A stretch of 46,557 nt of DNA from Flavobacteriales bacterium (GTDB lineage Bacteria > Bacteroidota > Bacteroidia > Flavobacteriales > JADGDT01). Where the stretch lies: contig JAGLEB010000055.1 in assembly GCA_023145275.1 (NCBI GenBank), forward strand, positions 1 to 46,557, in the 5' to 3' direction. Positions 37,960-46,557 of this stretch are shown piece after piece (positions within the stretch are counted from its first letter, which is position 1; each line of letters opens with the position of its first letter). Both the position numbers and the translations under genes were made by a program. The notes beneath the pieces are model-generated. The model was not told the DNA's origin and made no database searches. It saw only the letters and a list, made by a program, of their open reading frames with translations.

Positions 37960-38961
37960 ATGTCTTTTCAAAAAATTATTTTAGCACTAGTTTTTATTCT
38001 CTTAGCAGTCTATTTTTTTGGTCCTAAACCAGATAAGCCAAAATATGATTTGTTCTTTCCAAAAGTTTCATCTGATCTTGTGTTTTTGGCGGATTCTATT
38101 TCTAAATCAGAAAAGGATCTTGGAAATATTAAAAAAGATAACGAAGCAAAAATCATTTTTGCCGATGATAGTTTGAAACAAAAAACTGAATGGGCTTTAG
38201 TTTATATTCATGGATTTTCTGCTAGCCAGATGGAAGGAGATCCTATTCATAAAGAGTTTGCTAAGAAATATGGAATGAATTTGTATTTGGCTAGAATGTC
38301 CGATCACGGTATTGTTACCGATGAGGCATTGAAAGATATGACGGCTGATAGATTGTGGAAAACTGCTAAGGACGCTTTGGCTGTAGGAGAAAAACTTGGG
38401 GATAATGTTATTCTAATGAGTACTTCTACTGGGGGAAGCTTATCTCTTATGTTGGCTTCTAAATACCCCGAAAAAGTTTCGGCTCTAATTAATTTTTCTC
38501 CAAATATTAGAATAAATGATCCATCAGCATTTTTACTAAATGACCCTTGGGGCTTACAGATTGCTAGATTAGCTATGGGTGGAAATTATCGTGTAACGGG
38601 AACAGAAGAAGAAGAGTCTGCAAAATATTGGAATAATAAATACAGACTCGAGGCCATTGTAAATCTAGAAGTGTTAGTAGAAACATCAATGACAGAAAAG
38701 GTATTTGAGGGAGTTACTTGTCCATCGTTAACCATAGGATATTACAAGGATGAGGAGCATCAGGATTCTACTGTGAAAGTTGAAGCGGAAGAATGGATGA
38801 ATGAAACTATATCTACACCAGAAGATAAAAAGAGATTTGTGAAACTGCCAAACGTGGGGTCTCATCCTATAGCATCAGGCCTCTTTTCTAAGGACTTAGA
38901 TTCAGTAAGGGAAACTGTAGAATCTTTTGCAGAAGAGGTTTTAGAACTTCACTCTATGTAG
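37960..38961 (+). CDS. Alpha/beta hydrolase (esterase/lipase-like), membrane anchored
   Basis: I prefer ATG 37960 (MSFQKIIL...) because a TAtaTTTG box at 37925-37932 lies inside the TTG-37930 version. YIHGFSAS oxyanion-type motif and an STSTGG nucleophile elbow variant. Confidence 0.75.
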   Translation: MSFQKIILALVFILLAVYFFGPKPDKPKYDLFFPKVSSDLVFLADSISKSEKDLGNIKKDNEAKIIFADDSLKQKTEWALVYIHGFSASQMEGDPIHKEFAKKYGMNLYLARMSDHGIVTDEALKDMTADRLWKTAKDALAVGEKLGDNVILMSTSTGGSLSLMLASKYPEKVSALINFSPNIRINDPSAFLLNDPWGLQIARLAMGGNYRVTGTEEEESAKYWNNKYRLEAIVNLEVLVETSMTEKVFEGVTCPSLTIGYYKDEEHQDSTVKVEAEEWMNETISTPEDKKRFVKLPNVGSHPIASGLFSKDLDSVRETVESFAEEVLELHSM

Positions 38962-38963
38962 GT

Positions 38964-40895
38964 TTGGAAAATCTTCATTTTGTATATACAAATCATTTGT
39001 GGGGACTCCTGTTTCTGATAGTTCCTGTGTTAATTCATTTATTTAATTTTCGTAAGGCAAAAATAATATACTTTACAAGGGTAGATTTACTAGAGGAGCT
39101 GAAAACAAAAAAAAGTAGCTTTTCTTCACTGAAAAAGAGGCTTATCTTATTTTCAAGATTAATGACAGTATTCTTCGTTGTCATAGCTTTCACATATCCA
39201 TATTTTAGCGATTTAGACTTGTATAGCAAGAACAAAAGAGCTGTATTTCTTTGTATAGACAATTCTTTTAGCATGCAAGCTAAAGCTGCTTCAAGTGAGT
39301 TGTTTACTCTTGCAAAGATTGACATAACTGATGCTTTTGGTGTTTTTTCAAATACAAATTCAATTTATTTATTGAGCAATGATAGAGATATGATTGTTGA
39401 TGAAGAGAATGACTTGGCAATAAAGTTAAGTAGCATAGATTATAGTGCAGAAAGTTTTTCTTCGTTGAAATTGAAAAGTAGGGTTAGTGATATTATTGAA
39501 AGAGATGGATTGTCGGAGGCCAAACTTATTGTTTTTTCAGACTTTAAGGAAGAGATGTCCAAAGATGATTCTCTATTCTCTTCAATGGATATGATTAGAA
39601 AATATTACAAAGCTGAAGATAACTTAAATATATCAGTAGATTCTATATGGATAAAAAAAGTAGAATTGGCATCTGACAGGTTTACCGTAAATTACCGAAT
39701 AAAAAATACTAGTTCTACAAATAAAATAGAATATCACGAACAAATTGTTTTAGATGGAGTTGTTCAGCAATCATTAACTAAGGTATCGGATGCTTATAGA
39801 GATAGTGTTTTTGAATTAGATCTAGTGATTCCTAAATCACGTAAGGTCTCAGGAGTTATAAATATAGAAGATAACGCCCTTGAATATGATAATGATTTGT
39901 TCTTTTCTGTTGATTTCACAACAAAGTCTAAAGTTTTGTTTGTTGGGGGAAATGTACCACATAAACTAAAATCTCTTCTTAATGATGCATTTATGAAAAT
40001 GGAATATGCTGATGTTAGAGCATTAAGAAATATTGAATTATCTGAAGAGCATTTTTTGATTTTTGTATTGTCACCATCATTAAGCTCTAAAGATTTATCC
40101 ATAGTTTCTAATTATATGTCGAGTGGGAGGGACTTGTTGATTGTTCCCGGGGAAAAGTTATCCAGAATTGAATTTAATAGTTATCTGTCTGATCTTGGTA
40201 TTGGAAGTGTTTTGCGGAAAATTGGTGAGCAATATTTATCGCATATAGATTATGAGAATGATTTTTTCAGTGATATTTTTAATTCTCGAGTTGATAATTT
40301 TGAATATCCACTTATAAAAAACACGTATTCTATTAGTTCTCCTAACTCTCAAAAATTATTAGAGTTAGAGAATGGAGATGGATTTCTATTAAATAAAATC
40401 ATGGGTAATAGTACTGTTTATATTTTTTCTTCAGATGTGTTTTCGAGTAATTCTAAATTTTTAGAATATGATTTATCTCTGCCAATATTGTACAAAATGG
40501 TTAGTTTGAATTCTAAGAATAAGATGTATGGTATTGTGGGAGAACAAATTGACTTAAGTAGTGATAATAGTAATTTACAAATAAAAATTGGAGAAGAACT
40601 TATTCCATTTAGCTATATGGATAACGGGGTATTATTCTTCCCTAAGATTGAAAATAGTGGTAATTACAAAATAGTTTCAGGAGATACTATTGAAAAATAC
40701 ATCAGTGTGAATTATCCTAGAAAAGAAAGCGATTCATATGTAAAAGTAGAGGGATTAGAAAAAGAAATTATCTCATATGATGAAATTAGTGAGGAAAGTT
40801 CAGTTGAATATTTATGGAAATGGAGTCTCACACTTGCTTTTATGTTTTTATTGATAGAATTATCGTTAATTTTGTTTTTTAAAGAGAAAAGATAA
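38964..40895 (+). CDS. BatA-domain (aerotolerance-regulator N-terminal double-TM) protein
   Basis: N-terminal F..P..LWGLLFLIVPVLIHLFNFRK...YF pattern. C-terminal TM helix. TTG start 2 nt after the upstream stop codon. Confidence 0.7.
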   Translation: MENLHFVYTNHLWGLLFLIVPVLIHLFNFRKAKIIYFTRVDLLEELKTKKSSFSSLKKRLILFSRLMTVFFVVIAFTYPYFSDLDLYSKNKRAVFLCIDNSFSMQAKAASSELFTLAKIDITDAFGVFSNTNSIYLLSNDRDMIVDEENDLAIKLSSIDYSAESFSSLKLKSRVSDIIERDGLSEAKLIVFSDFKEEMSKDDSLFSSMDMIRKYYKAEDNLNISVDSIWIKKVELASDRFTVNYRIKNTSSTNKIEYHEQIVLDGVVQQSLTKVSDAYRDSVFELDLVIPKSRKVSGVINIEDNALEYDNDLFFSVDFTTKSKVLFVGGNVPHKLKSLLNDAFMKMEYADVRALRNIELSEEHFLIFVLSPSLSSKDLSIVSNYMSSGRDLLIVPGEKLSRIEFNSYLSDLGIGSVLRKIGEQYLSHIDYENDFFSDIFNSRVDNFEYPLIKNTYSISSPNSQKLLELENGDGFLLNKIMGNSTVYIFSSDVFSSNSKFLEYDLSLPILYKMVSLNSKNKMYGIVGEQIDLSSDNSNLQIKIGEELIPFSYMDNGVLFFPKIENSGNYKIVSGDTIEKYISVNYPRKESDSYVKVEGLEKEIISYDEISEESSVEYLWKWSLTLAFMFLLIELSLILFFKEKR

Positions 40896-40946
40896 CATAG
40901 TTTTGTGTTTCAAACGAAGCCGAAATAATAAAAAAAGATTATAGTA

Positions 40947-42212
40947 ATGAAAGTCCTTATAAAATCTGCAAAGGTTATTGAACCGTCAAGTACGTTCCAC
41001 AACAAGACTGTTGATGTATTAATTTCGAACGGTAAAATAATTGAGATTTCTGACGCTATTGAAGCGAAAGATGATGTAATAATTGTAGAAAAGGATAATT
41101 TACATATTTCAGCAGGTTGGTTTGATCCTACAGTGAGTTTTGGAGAACCAGGATTTGAGGAAAATGAGACTTTAGAGTCTGGTATGGCAGCCGCTGCAGC
41201 TGGTGGATTTACTGCTGTTGGAATGTTGCCGAATACAAATCCGTCTATTGATAAGAAGTCGGATGTAGAATTCTTGATAAAAAGGAGTTCTTTTAATGCT
41301 GTTAGTATATATCCAATTGGCGCATTAAGTAAAAAATGTGAGGGCAAAGAAATATCTGAGTCGTTTGACATGAGTAACTCTGGAGCAATTGCTTTTGGAG
41401 ATGATAAAAGTATTGAGAATGAAAAGTTAATGGAAGTGTCATTGTTGTATAATAAAACAATTGGCAAACCTATATTGTCTTTTCCGAAAACAGAGTCTAT
41501 TTCTCATGGTGGACAGATGAATGAAGGCGTTAATAGTACTAATTTAGGACTTAAAGGTATTCCTAATTTATCTGAAGAGCTTAGAGTTTCGCGAGATTTA
41601 TTCCTTACAGAATATACAGAAGGAAAAATTCACTTCCAAAATATATCAACTGATAAGTCGGTTGAATTAATAAAAGAAGCCAAGAAAAAAGGTTTAGATG
41701 TTTCTGCACAAGTTGCGGTGTATAGTGTGTTTATGGATGATTCAGAACTGGAAGAGTTTGACACTAGATTTAAGCTAAATCCTCCTTTAAGAACGCAAGT
41801 AGAAATAAAAGCACTTATAAAAGGGTTGAAAGATGGCACTATAGATTTTGTAAGTTCAGATCACAGGCCAAAGGATATTGAAAGAAAGTTTAAGGAATTC
41901 GATCACGCTTCTTTTGGATCAGTAGGTTTAGAGTCTGCTTTTGGAGCTCTTAACAAAGTATTATCGAGTGTGATGGATTTAGAAGATATTATTGCATTGA
42001 TAAGTTCAAAGCCTAGAAAAAGATTTGGATTATCTCAACCGAAATTAGAAGTTGGTGTTAGTGCCGAGTTAACTCTTTTCAACCCAGAAGAAAGCTTAAT
42101 GTTTGAGGAAAGTCAAATTAAATCGCTTTCAAAAAACTCAGCTTTTGTGGGGAAAGGCCTAAAGGGAAAAGTTTATGGAGTTGTTTCTAAGGGAGAGATG
42201 GTGATGAATTAA
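40947..42212 (+). CDS. Dihydroorotase-like amidohydrolase with degenerate metal-binding motifs
   Basis: Overall DHOase layout: GEPG, AAAAGGFTAVGMLPNTNP, AFGDD, NPPLR, SSDH. Where an HxH motif is expected the sequence reads PTVSFGEPG. Confidence 0.8.
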   Translation: MKVLIKSAKVIEPSSTFHNKTVDVLISNGKIIEISDAIEAKDDVIIVEKDNLHISAGWFDPTVSFGEPGFEENETLESGMAAAAAGGFTAVGMLPNTNPSIDKKSDVEFLIKRSSFNAVSIYPIGALSKKCEGKEISESFDMSNSGAIAFGDDKSIENEKLMEVSLLYNKTIGKPILSFPKTESISHGGQMNEGVNSTNLGLKGIPNLSEELRVSRDLFLTEYTEGKIHFQNISTDKSVELIKEAKKKGLDVSAQVAVYSVFMDDSELEEFDTRFKLNPPLRTQVEIKALIKGLKDGTIDFVSSDHRPKDIERKFKEFDHASFGSVGLESAFGALNKVLSSVMDLEDIIALISSKPRKRFGLSQPKLEVGVSAELTLFNPEESLMFEESQIKSLSKNSAFVGKGLKGKVYGVVSKGEMVMN

Positions 42213-43899
42213 TGACCTTTGAATAGAATCCATCCTTTATATCATCAGTTCTCATCTGTGGAACAACATGGTAACTCTCTTTAAACCATTCATATTGCTT
42301 TTTGTTTAAGGCTGGTAATGGAATGTCTCCTGTTCCCCAAAAGAAATCAATTTTTGTGGGAGAATTAAACTCTATATTTTCTCCTTTTATTGATTCGTAT
42401 TTTTTAGAATACCTTGTGTTCTCATGCGGTGTAGTTATCTCACTTATTGATAAAGTTGGGTTTGTTAAGTGAAAATTATTATTAGTAAGTTTAGATATAT
42501 TATTTAAAAATAAAATTGGAATTAATGTAATCGCAGTGCCTAATATTAAAAATGAACAGTATGTACTTTTGTTTTTGATGAAATATGTAAGTATGATTAT
42601 AGAGAAGAAAAGTAGAAATTGATAATAAAATCGGTATTGTGGAGAAGTGACAAACAATAAAAATAGATTAATGATAGATAATATATATATGATTATTATT
42701 GATTTTTTTACTTTTTTAAATGCTGCTAAAATTGGAAATATAGTTAAGATTATTAATAATAGATTATTAAATAATCCATGAAGTTTTGGCATGCTAATCC
42801 ACGTAATAAATAATTCAAACCCATTTCTACTATTATATTCATCTTTAGTTAAATAGAAACCAAATATTTTGGTCATATCATAGAAGAAAGAATTGATTGT
42901 TTTTGGAAGCGACCATGTTGTATTAATAATATCAAAACTGGCTATCGGATATAAGATATTTCCTGTAATAATAATATTCTTTAATATGAATAGAATTAGA
43001 GTAACTCCTCCAAAAAAGATTATTTTTTGCAATTTAATTTTTGGATTTTTAACATTTTTAATAAAAATATAGGTTGGAAGAATGATAAAGGGTAACGATG
43101 TTAATTTGTTTAATACAATAAAAAATAATAAAATTGAAATCGTAAAGAAATTAACATAGCTGTATTTATCCATTAATTTAATGAATAAATAGAAAATAAG
43201 AAAGGAAATAATATAAACTGGAATATCCGGTGATGGTGCACTAATAAATTGAAAAAAGAAGATATTTGATAATGGAAATAAACCAATTATTAGATCTTCA
43301 ATTTTTTTTGATGAATTGTAGTATTTATTAAACTTAACTAGAGAAAAGAAGTTTGCAAAGATTATAGCTAATCCATTTAAGTCGTTAAACTTATCATATA
43401 TAAAACTAAAATTAAAAGCTGCTTGTAAAATATGCCATCCCGAAGTTTGACCTAAAAAAGGATGAAGGTTTACCAGTCCTTTTACAAAACCATATTCATT
43501 AATCCATTTAATGGTTTGGATATAATATGATTCATTGTCAATAAGATATGGTGATGTGGCCGATTTTGCTAAAGCTAAAAATGCGATTAATATAAATAGT
43601 GATTTTAATGGCAATGATAATTTATAAAAATCTGTTTTAATATTTTTATAAAAAGCTTTTATCTCATATCTATTGTGAAATGCAAGAATAATAGAAGTTG
43701 ACAATGTAACTAAATGAAACTCCCAATTAACTCTATAGAAAATTGCCCAGAAACCTGTGAAGAGTGTTATGTAAAAGAAGCCTAGAAATAGATTAATAAT
43801 GGGGTCTATCTTATTCAATTTAAGAATTGAATTAATACCTACTGCTATAGTTGAAGTAATAAGGAATATGTAAATCCAAGAGATAAGTATAAGTAGCAA
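42187..43899 (-). CDS. Polytopic membrane protein, possibly GT-C/O-antigen-polymerase-like
   Basis: 570 aa with more than 12 hydrophobic helices. An acidic loop motif IDNESYYIQTIKW follows the early TM helices, and the C-terminal ~100 aa are soluble. TTG start with a CAAAagTA (-7 box reverse complement) 37 nt upstream. Confidence 0.55.
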   Translation of the reverse strand: MLLILISWIYIFLITSTIAVGINSILKLNKIDPIINLFLGFFYITLFTGFWAIFYRVNWEFHLVTLSTSIILAFHNRYEIKAFYKNIKTDFYKLSLPLKSLFILIAFLALAKSATSPYLIDNESYYIQTIKWINEYGFVKGLVNLHPFLGQTSGWHILQAAFNFSFIYDKFNDLNGLAIIFANFFSLVKFNKYYNSSKKIEDLIIGLFPLSNIFFFQFISAPSPDIPVYIISFLIFYLFIKLMDKYSYVNFFTISILLFFIVLNKLTSLPFIILPTYIFIKNVKNPKIKLQKIIFFGGVTLILFILKNIIITGNILYPIASFDIINTTWSLPKTINSFFYDMTKIFGFYLTKDEYNSRNGFELFITWISMPKLHGLFNNLLLIILTIFPILAAFKKVKKSIIIIYILSIINLFLLFVTSPQYRFYYQFLLFFSIIILTYFIKNKSTYCSFLILGTAITLIPILFLNNISKLTNNNFHLTNPTLSISEITTPHENTRYSKKYESIKGENIEFNSPTKIDFFWGTGDIPLPALNKKQYEWFKESYHVVPQMRTDDIKDGFYSKVINSSPSLP

Positions 43900-43936
43900 G
43901 ATGTAATTGTTTTTTTGGCTATTATTTTTCTAAAAA

Positions 43937-43944
43937 CAAAAGTA
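43937..43944 (-). promoter_or_regulatory. -7 box TActTTTG on the minus strand (polytopic membrane protein)
   Basis: The + strand reads CAAAagTA, 37 nt upstream of TTG 43899. Confidence 0.4.
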
Positions 43945-43949
43945 AGCAT

Positions 43950-44078
43950 TTTAGTAAATTTCCTTTATACTATTGAATAAATATTACTTCGTGACAATAG
44001 TAAAATTCTTATGACTATGGTAAACTCTTTGTTAATAGTCCTTCGCTCAAATATACCTTGAAGTTTTTTATACGCCAT
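43950..44078 (-). repeat. Dispersed intergenic repeat, copy C (diverged, opposite orientation)
   Basis: The reverse complement begins GGCGTATAAAAAACTTCAAGGT, a 22/22 match to copy B. It keeps GAGTTTAC inside a different stem (GACTAT/ATAGTC). Confidence 0.6.
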
Positions 44079-44154
44079 TGCTTAATATATATAGCTTTAT
44101 AAGAGGCACGATATACTAATAATAAGTTCTATAATAACACTTCAAAGAAATCAT

Positions 44155-44162
44155 TATCTTTG
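44155..44162 (+). promoter_or_regulatory. -7 box TAtcTTTG (methyltransferase)
   Basis: 13 nt upstream of TTG 44176 and 19 nt upstream of ATG 44182. Confidence 0.45.
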
Positions 44163-44175
44163 TACGAAATAATAA

Positions 44176-45246
44176 TTGCTGATGATTTCGGATATAAAAG
44201 TAAATAAACCAGAACCTATTGAATATGTAGTGGGGACTGAAACATTTAAAGGGACAGATTTAAAGCAAGCAATAGAGGTGCTAGAATCGGGGAGTCCAGT
44301 TTTGATTAAGGGCTTTTATAGCAATGGATTGTCTCTTATTAAAGAGTTGCATACTCATCTAAATAAAAAACTTCCGAATAAAACATTTTTAGAGCAACGA
44401 AAGTATAGAGTTGAATTTCACAAGTTGTCAAGTCTTATTTTAATACAGATAATTGGTCATAAAATAGCAGTAAAGAGGTCTCCATCCATAGGGTGGTTAG
44501 AAAAACTTTATCCAGAAAACAGTGATTTCTTATTGCCATTTACTAAGGTTCAAGGTTTAAATAGTTCATGGCAGTGGTTTCTTAACGGAATTACTATTCC
44601 TGTACTTCGAAATAAATTACACCCATATTACGGAACTTACTTTCCTACTCGTTTCGAACATTTAGAGCTTTTTGATAATTGGTTGAAGCGTTACGATGGC
44701 CCTAAGAAATCTGCTATTGACGTTGGTGTTGGTAGTGGAGTACTTTCTTTACAAATGGTAAAACATGGCTTTCAAAAGGTGTTTGGAACTGATACTAACC
44801 CAAATGCTATAGTTGGTTTAACTGAGTTTATGGGAGATACAAAGTTGTCTAGAAAGATAGAGTTAGACTTTGGTAATCTTTTCGGTAAGTGGAAGAAACA
44901 GACAGAACTTATTGTTTTCAATCCGCCATGGTTGCCAAAACTACATAATTTAGATAGTATTGACGAAGCTATTTATTACGATGAAAATCTATTTCCCGAT
45001 TTCTTTTCAGAAGCAAAAGAAAGGCTTTTACCAGAAGGTAAATTGGTTTTGATATTTTCAAATTTAGCTCAGATAACCAATGTAACAAAAGATCATCCTA
45101 TTGAGAAAGAGTTAGCCGAAGGTGGAAGGTTTAAGTTGGAAAAATGTTTTAAGAAACGTGTTAAAACTGCTTCTAGTAAAACAAAACGCGATCAACACTG
45201 GCGTGCTACCGAAGAGGTTGAACTTTGGGTTCTTACTAATAAGTAG
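44176..45246 (+). CDS. Class I SAM-dependent methyltransferase, HemK-like (NPPW motif) with an N-terminal extension of unknown function
   Basis: Motif I DVGVGSGVLS and motif IV IVFNPPWLP. The start could be TTG 44176 or ATG 44182. Confidence 0.8.
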   Translation: MLMISDIKVNKPEPIEYVVGTETFKGTDLKQAIEVLESGSPVLIKGFYSNGLSLIKELHTHLNKKLPNKTFLEQRKYRVEFHKLSSLILIQIIGHKIAVKRSPSIGWLEKLYPENSDFLLPFTKVQGLNSSWQWFLNGITIPVLRNKLHPYYGTYFPTRFEHLELFDNWLKRYDGPKKSAIDVGVGSGVLSLQMVKHGFQKVFGTDTNPNAIVGLTEFMGDTKLSRKIELDFGNLFGKWKKQTELIVFNPPWLPKLHNLDSIDEAIYYDENLFPDFFSEAKERLLPEGKLVLIFSNLAQITNVTKDHPIEKELAEGGRFKLEKCFKKRVKTASSKTKRDQHWRATEEVELWVLTNK

Positions 45247-45389
45247 AGAATTAATCAAATATACCAATATTTGTGGATGTTAATTTGCCTAAATTTAGGT
45301 TAAGTGAATATATTATAGTCTAATAATTACCATCGTTTTTACTCTTAAACTTTTCTTCAAAAAAAACTTTATAAGTTTACTAGAAATAT

Positions 45390-45397
45390 TACTTTTG
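45390..45397 (+). promoter_or_regulatory. -7 box TActTTTG only 3 nt before the guaA ATG (possible leaderless mRNA)
   Basis: Sequence reads TACTTTTGcgcATG. Confidence 0.4.
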
Positions 45398-45400
45398 CGC

Positions 45401-46557
45401 ATGCAAGAAAAGATACTTATTCTCGATTTCGGATCGCAGTACACACAACTAATAGCACGTAGAGTTCGCGAGCTAAACATTTACTGTGAGATTCACCCTT
45501 ACAATCACTTACCTGATAATATTGACAGTTACAAGGCAACAATCCTTTCAGGAAGTCCTTTCTCGGTACGTGACGAAAAAGCACCTCAGATAGATTTGTC
45601 TAATATCCGTGGCGAAACACCTTTATTGGGAGTTTGTTATGGAGCACAATATTTGGCACAAACTAACGGTGGTGAAGTACTACCTTCTAAAATACGCGAG
45701 TATGGTAGAGCAAATCTTGCACAGGTTGACAATTCATCTGACTTGATGAAAGGAATTGAAATTGGTTCTCAAGTTTGGATGAGTCACGGTGATACCATCG
45801 CTACGCTTCCTAAAGAATTTAATATAATTGCTTCTACAGCCGATGTAGAAGTTGCAGCGTATAAAATTGAAAACGAAGATACTTACGCTATTCAGTTTCA
45901 TCCAGAGGTTTATCATTCTACGGATGGTAAGCAATTGCTTGAAAACTTCTTGGTAGGAATAGTTGGTTGTTCACAAGATTGGACACCAGACTCTTTTGTT
46001 GAAACTACGGTGTCAGGCTTGAAAAAGAAGCTAGGTAATGATAAAGTAATTCTTGGTCTTTCGGGTGGTGTTGATTCTACAGTAGCGGCAATCTTGTTAC
46101 ACAAGGCAGTAGGCGATAATCTTACATGTATTTTTGTTGATAACGGATTACTTCGTAAAGGAGAATTCGAAAGTGTGTTAGATCAATACCAACACATGGG
46201 ACTTAATATTATTGGTGTAAATGCTAAGCAACGTTTTTATGATGCTTTGGCAGGAGAATCAGACCCTGAAACAAAACGTAAAGCAATTGGTAGAGTATTT
46301 ATCGAAGTATTCGACGATGAAGCAAATAAAATTAAAGGAGTTAATTGGTTAGCTCAAGGAACAATTTATCCTGATGTTATAGAATCTGTTTCTGCTACCG
46401 GAGGTCCTTCGGCAACAATTAAATCTCACCACAATGTAGGAGGTTTACCTGATTTTATGAAATTGAAAGTTGTTGAGCCACTAAATACTTTGTTTAAAGA
46501 TGAGGTAAGACGTGTTGGTAAATCAATGGGTATTGATGCTGAGCTTTTAGGTCGTCA
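45401..46557 (+). CDS. guaA: GMP synthase (glutamine-hydrolysing), 3'-truncated by the window end
   Basis: My own translation: [34 protein letters not shown]...GVCYGAQ...QFHPEV...LSGGVDSTV. The ORF is open to the window edge, so it is absent from the ORF track. Confidence 0.95.
   Translation, partial: MQEKILILDFGSQYTQLIARRVRELNIYCEIHPYNHLPDNIDSYKATILSGSPFSVRDEKAPQIDLSNIRGETPLLGVCYGAQYLAQTNGGEVLPSKIREYGRANLAQVDNSSDLMKGIEIGSQVWMSHGDTIATLPKEFNIIASTADVEVAAYKIENEDTYAIQFHPEVYHSTDGKQLLENFLVGIVGCSQDWTPDSFVETTVSGLKKKLGNDKVILGLSGGVDSTVAAILLHKAVGDNLTCIFVDNGLLRKGEFESVLDQYQHMGLNIIGVNAKQRFYDALAGESDPETKRKAIGRVFIEVFDDEANKIKGVNWLAQGTIYPDVIESVSATGGPSATIKSHHNVGGLPDFMKLKVVEPLNTLFKDEVRRVGKSMGIDAELLGR

Noticed and set aside
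42187-42212. The 26-bp convergent overlap of the pyrC-like gene and the membrane-protein gene as a regulatory antisense arrangement.
   Set aside because: Short 3'-end overlaps of convergent genes are common in compact genomes. Nothing in the sequence, such as a hairpin or conserved motif, suggests more.
16851-46104. Other embedded ORFs: 16851..17207, 19527..19733, 21003..21203, 22370..22573, 23430..23789, 26778..27608 (three ORFs), 31139..31345, 31902..32581 (three ORFs), 33000..33275, 36177..36654 (two ORFs), 39035..39325, 39794..40102, 40910..41467, 41630..41839, 45734..46104 (two ORFs).
   Set aside because: All lie antisense to, or out of frame within, well-supported genes (recF, marC, FIST, rho, tamB, lpxD, sucD, dnaX, TIGR02757, batA-like, pyrC-like, guaA). 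None shows a recognisable motif.

Overview
This is an AT-rich chromosomal segment that looks like Bacteroidota, probably Flavobacteriia. Three things support that: TAnnTTTG -7 promoter boxes sit in front of most genes, Shine-Dalgarno sequences are absent, and the gene pairs recF-DUF721, rho-DUF4293, tsaD/tamB and TPR-ribH are adjacent. Most of the window is housekeeping: idi, gyrB, mdh, an acyl-CoA ligase, recF, ribH, rho, tsaD, tamB, lpxD, sucD, dnaX, a lolD-like ATPase, a pyrC-like gene and partial guaA. I found no rRNA, tRNA, CRISPR, transposase, integrase or recognisable defence or toxin-antitoxin genes.

The leads worth a second look are:
- dnaX is split at an A10 run. Frame 0 stops at a gamma-length product, and a -1 shift opens an 80-codon linker into the tau C-terminus. 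This is the reverse of the E. coli layout.
- A likely anaerobic respiratory module: an octaheme cytochrome c plus a cytochrome b fused to a Cys-rich PAS domain. It lies divergent from an FNR-type regulator, with two perfect TGTGA-N6-TCACA boxes between them.
- A roughly 570 bp compound tandem-repeat block fills the whole gap between lolD-like and a TIGR02757 gene.
- A dispersed, hairpin-forming repeat family has 3-4 copies, next to a 295 bp MITE-like element.
- An identical 18-nt promoter/operator string precedes both an OprC-like TonB receptor and a candidate ~70 nt sRNA.
- The tamB N-terminal anchor sits behind an ATA where ATG is expected.

All protein calls rest on motifs I recognised by eye. 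No database search was possible.
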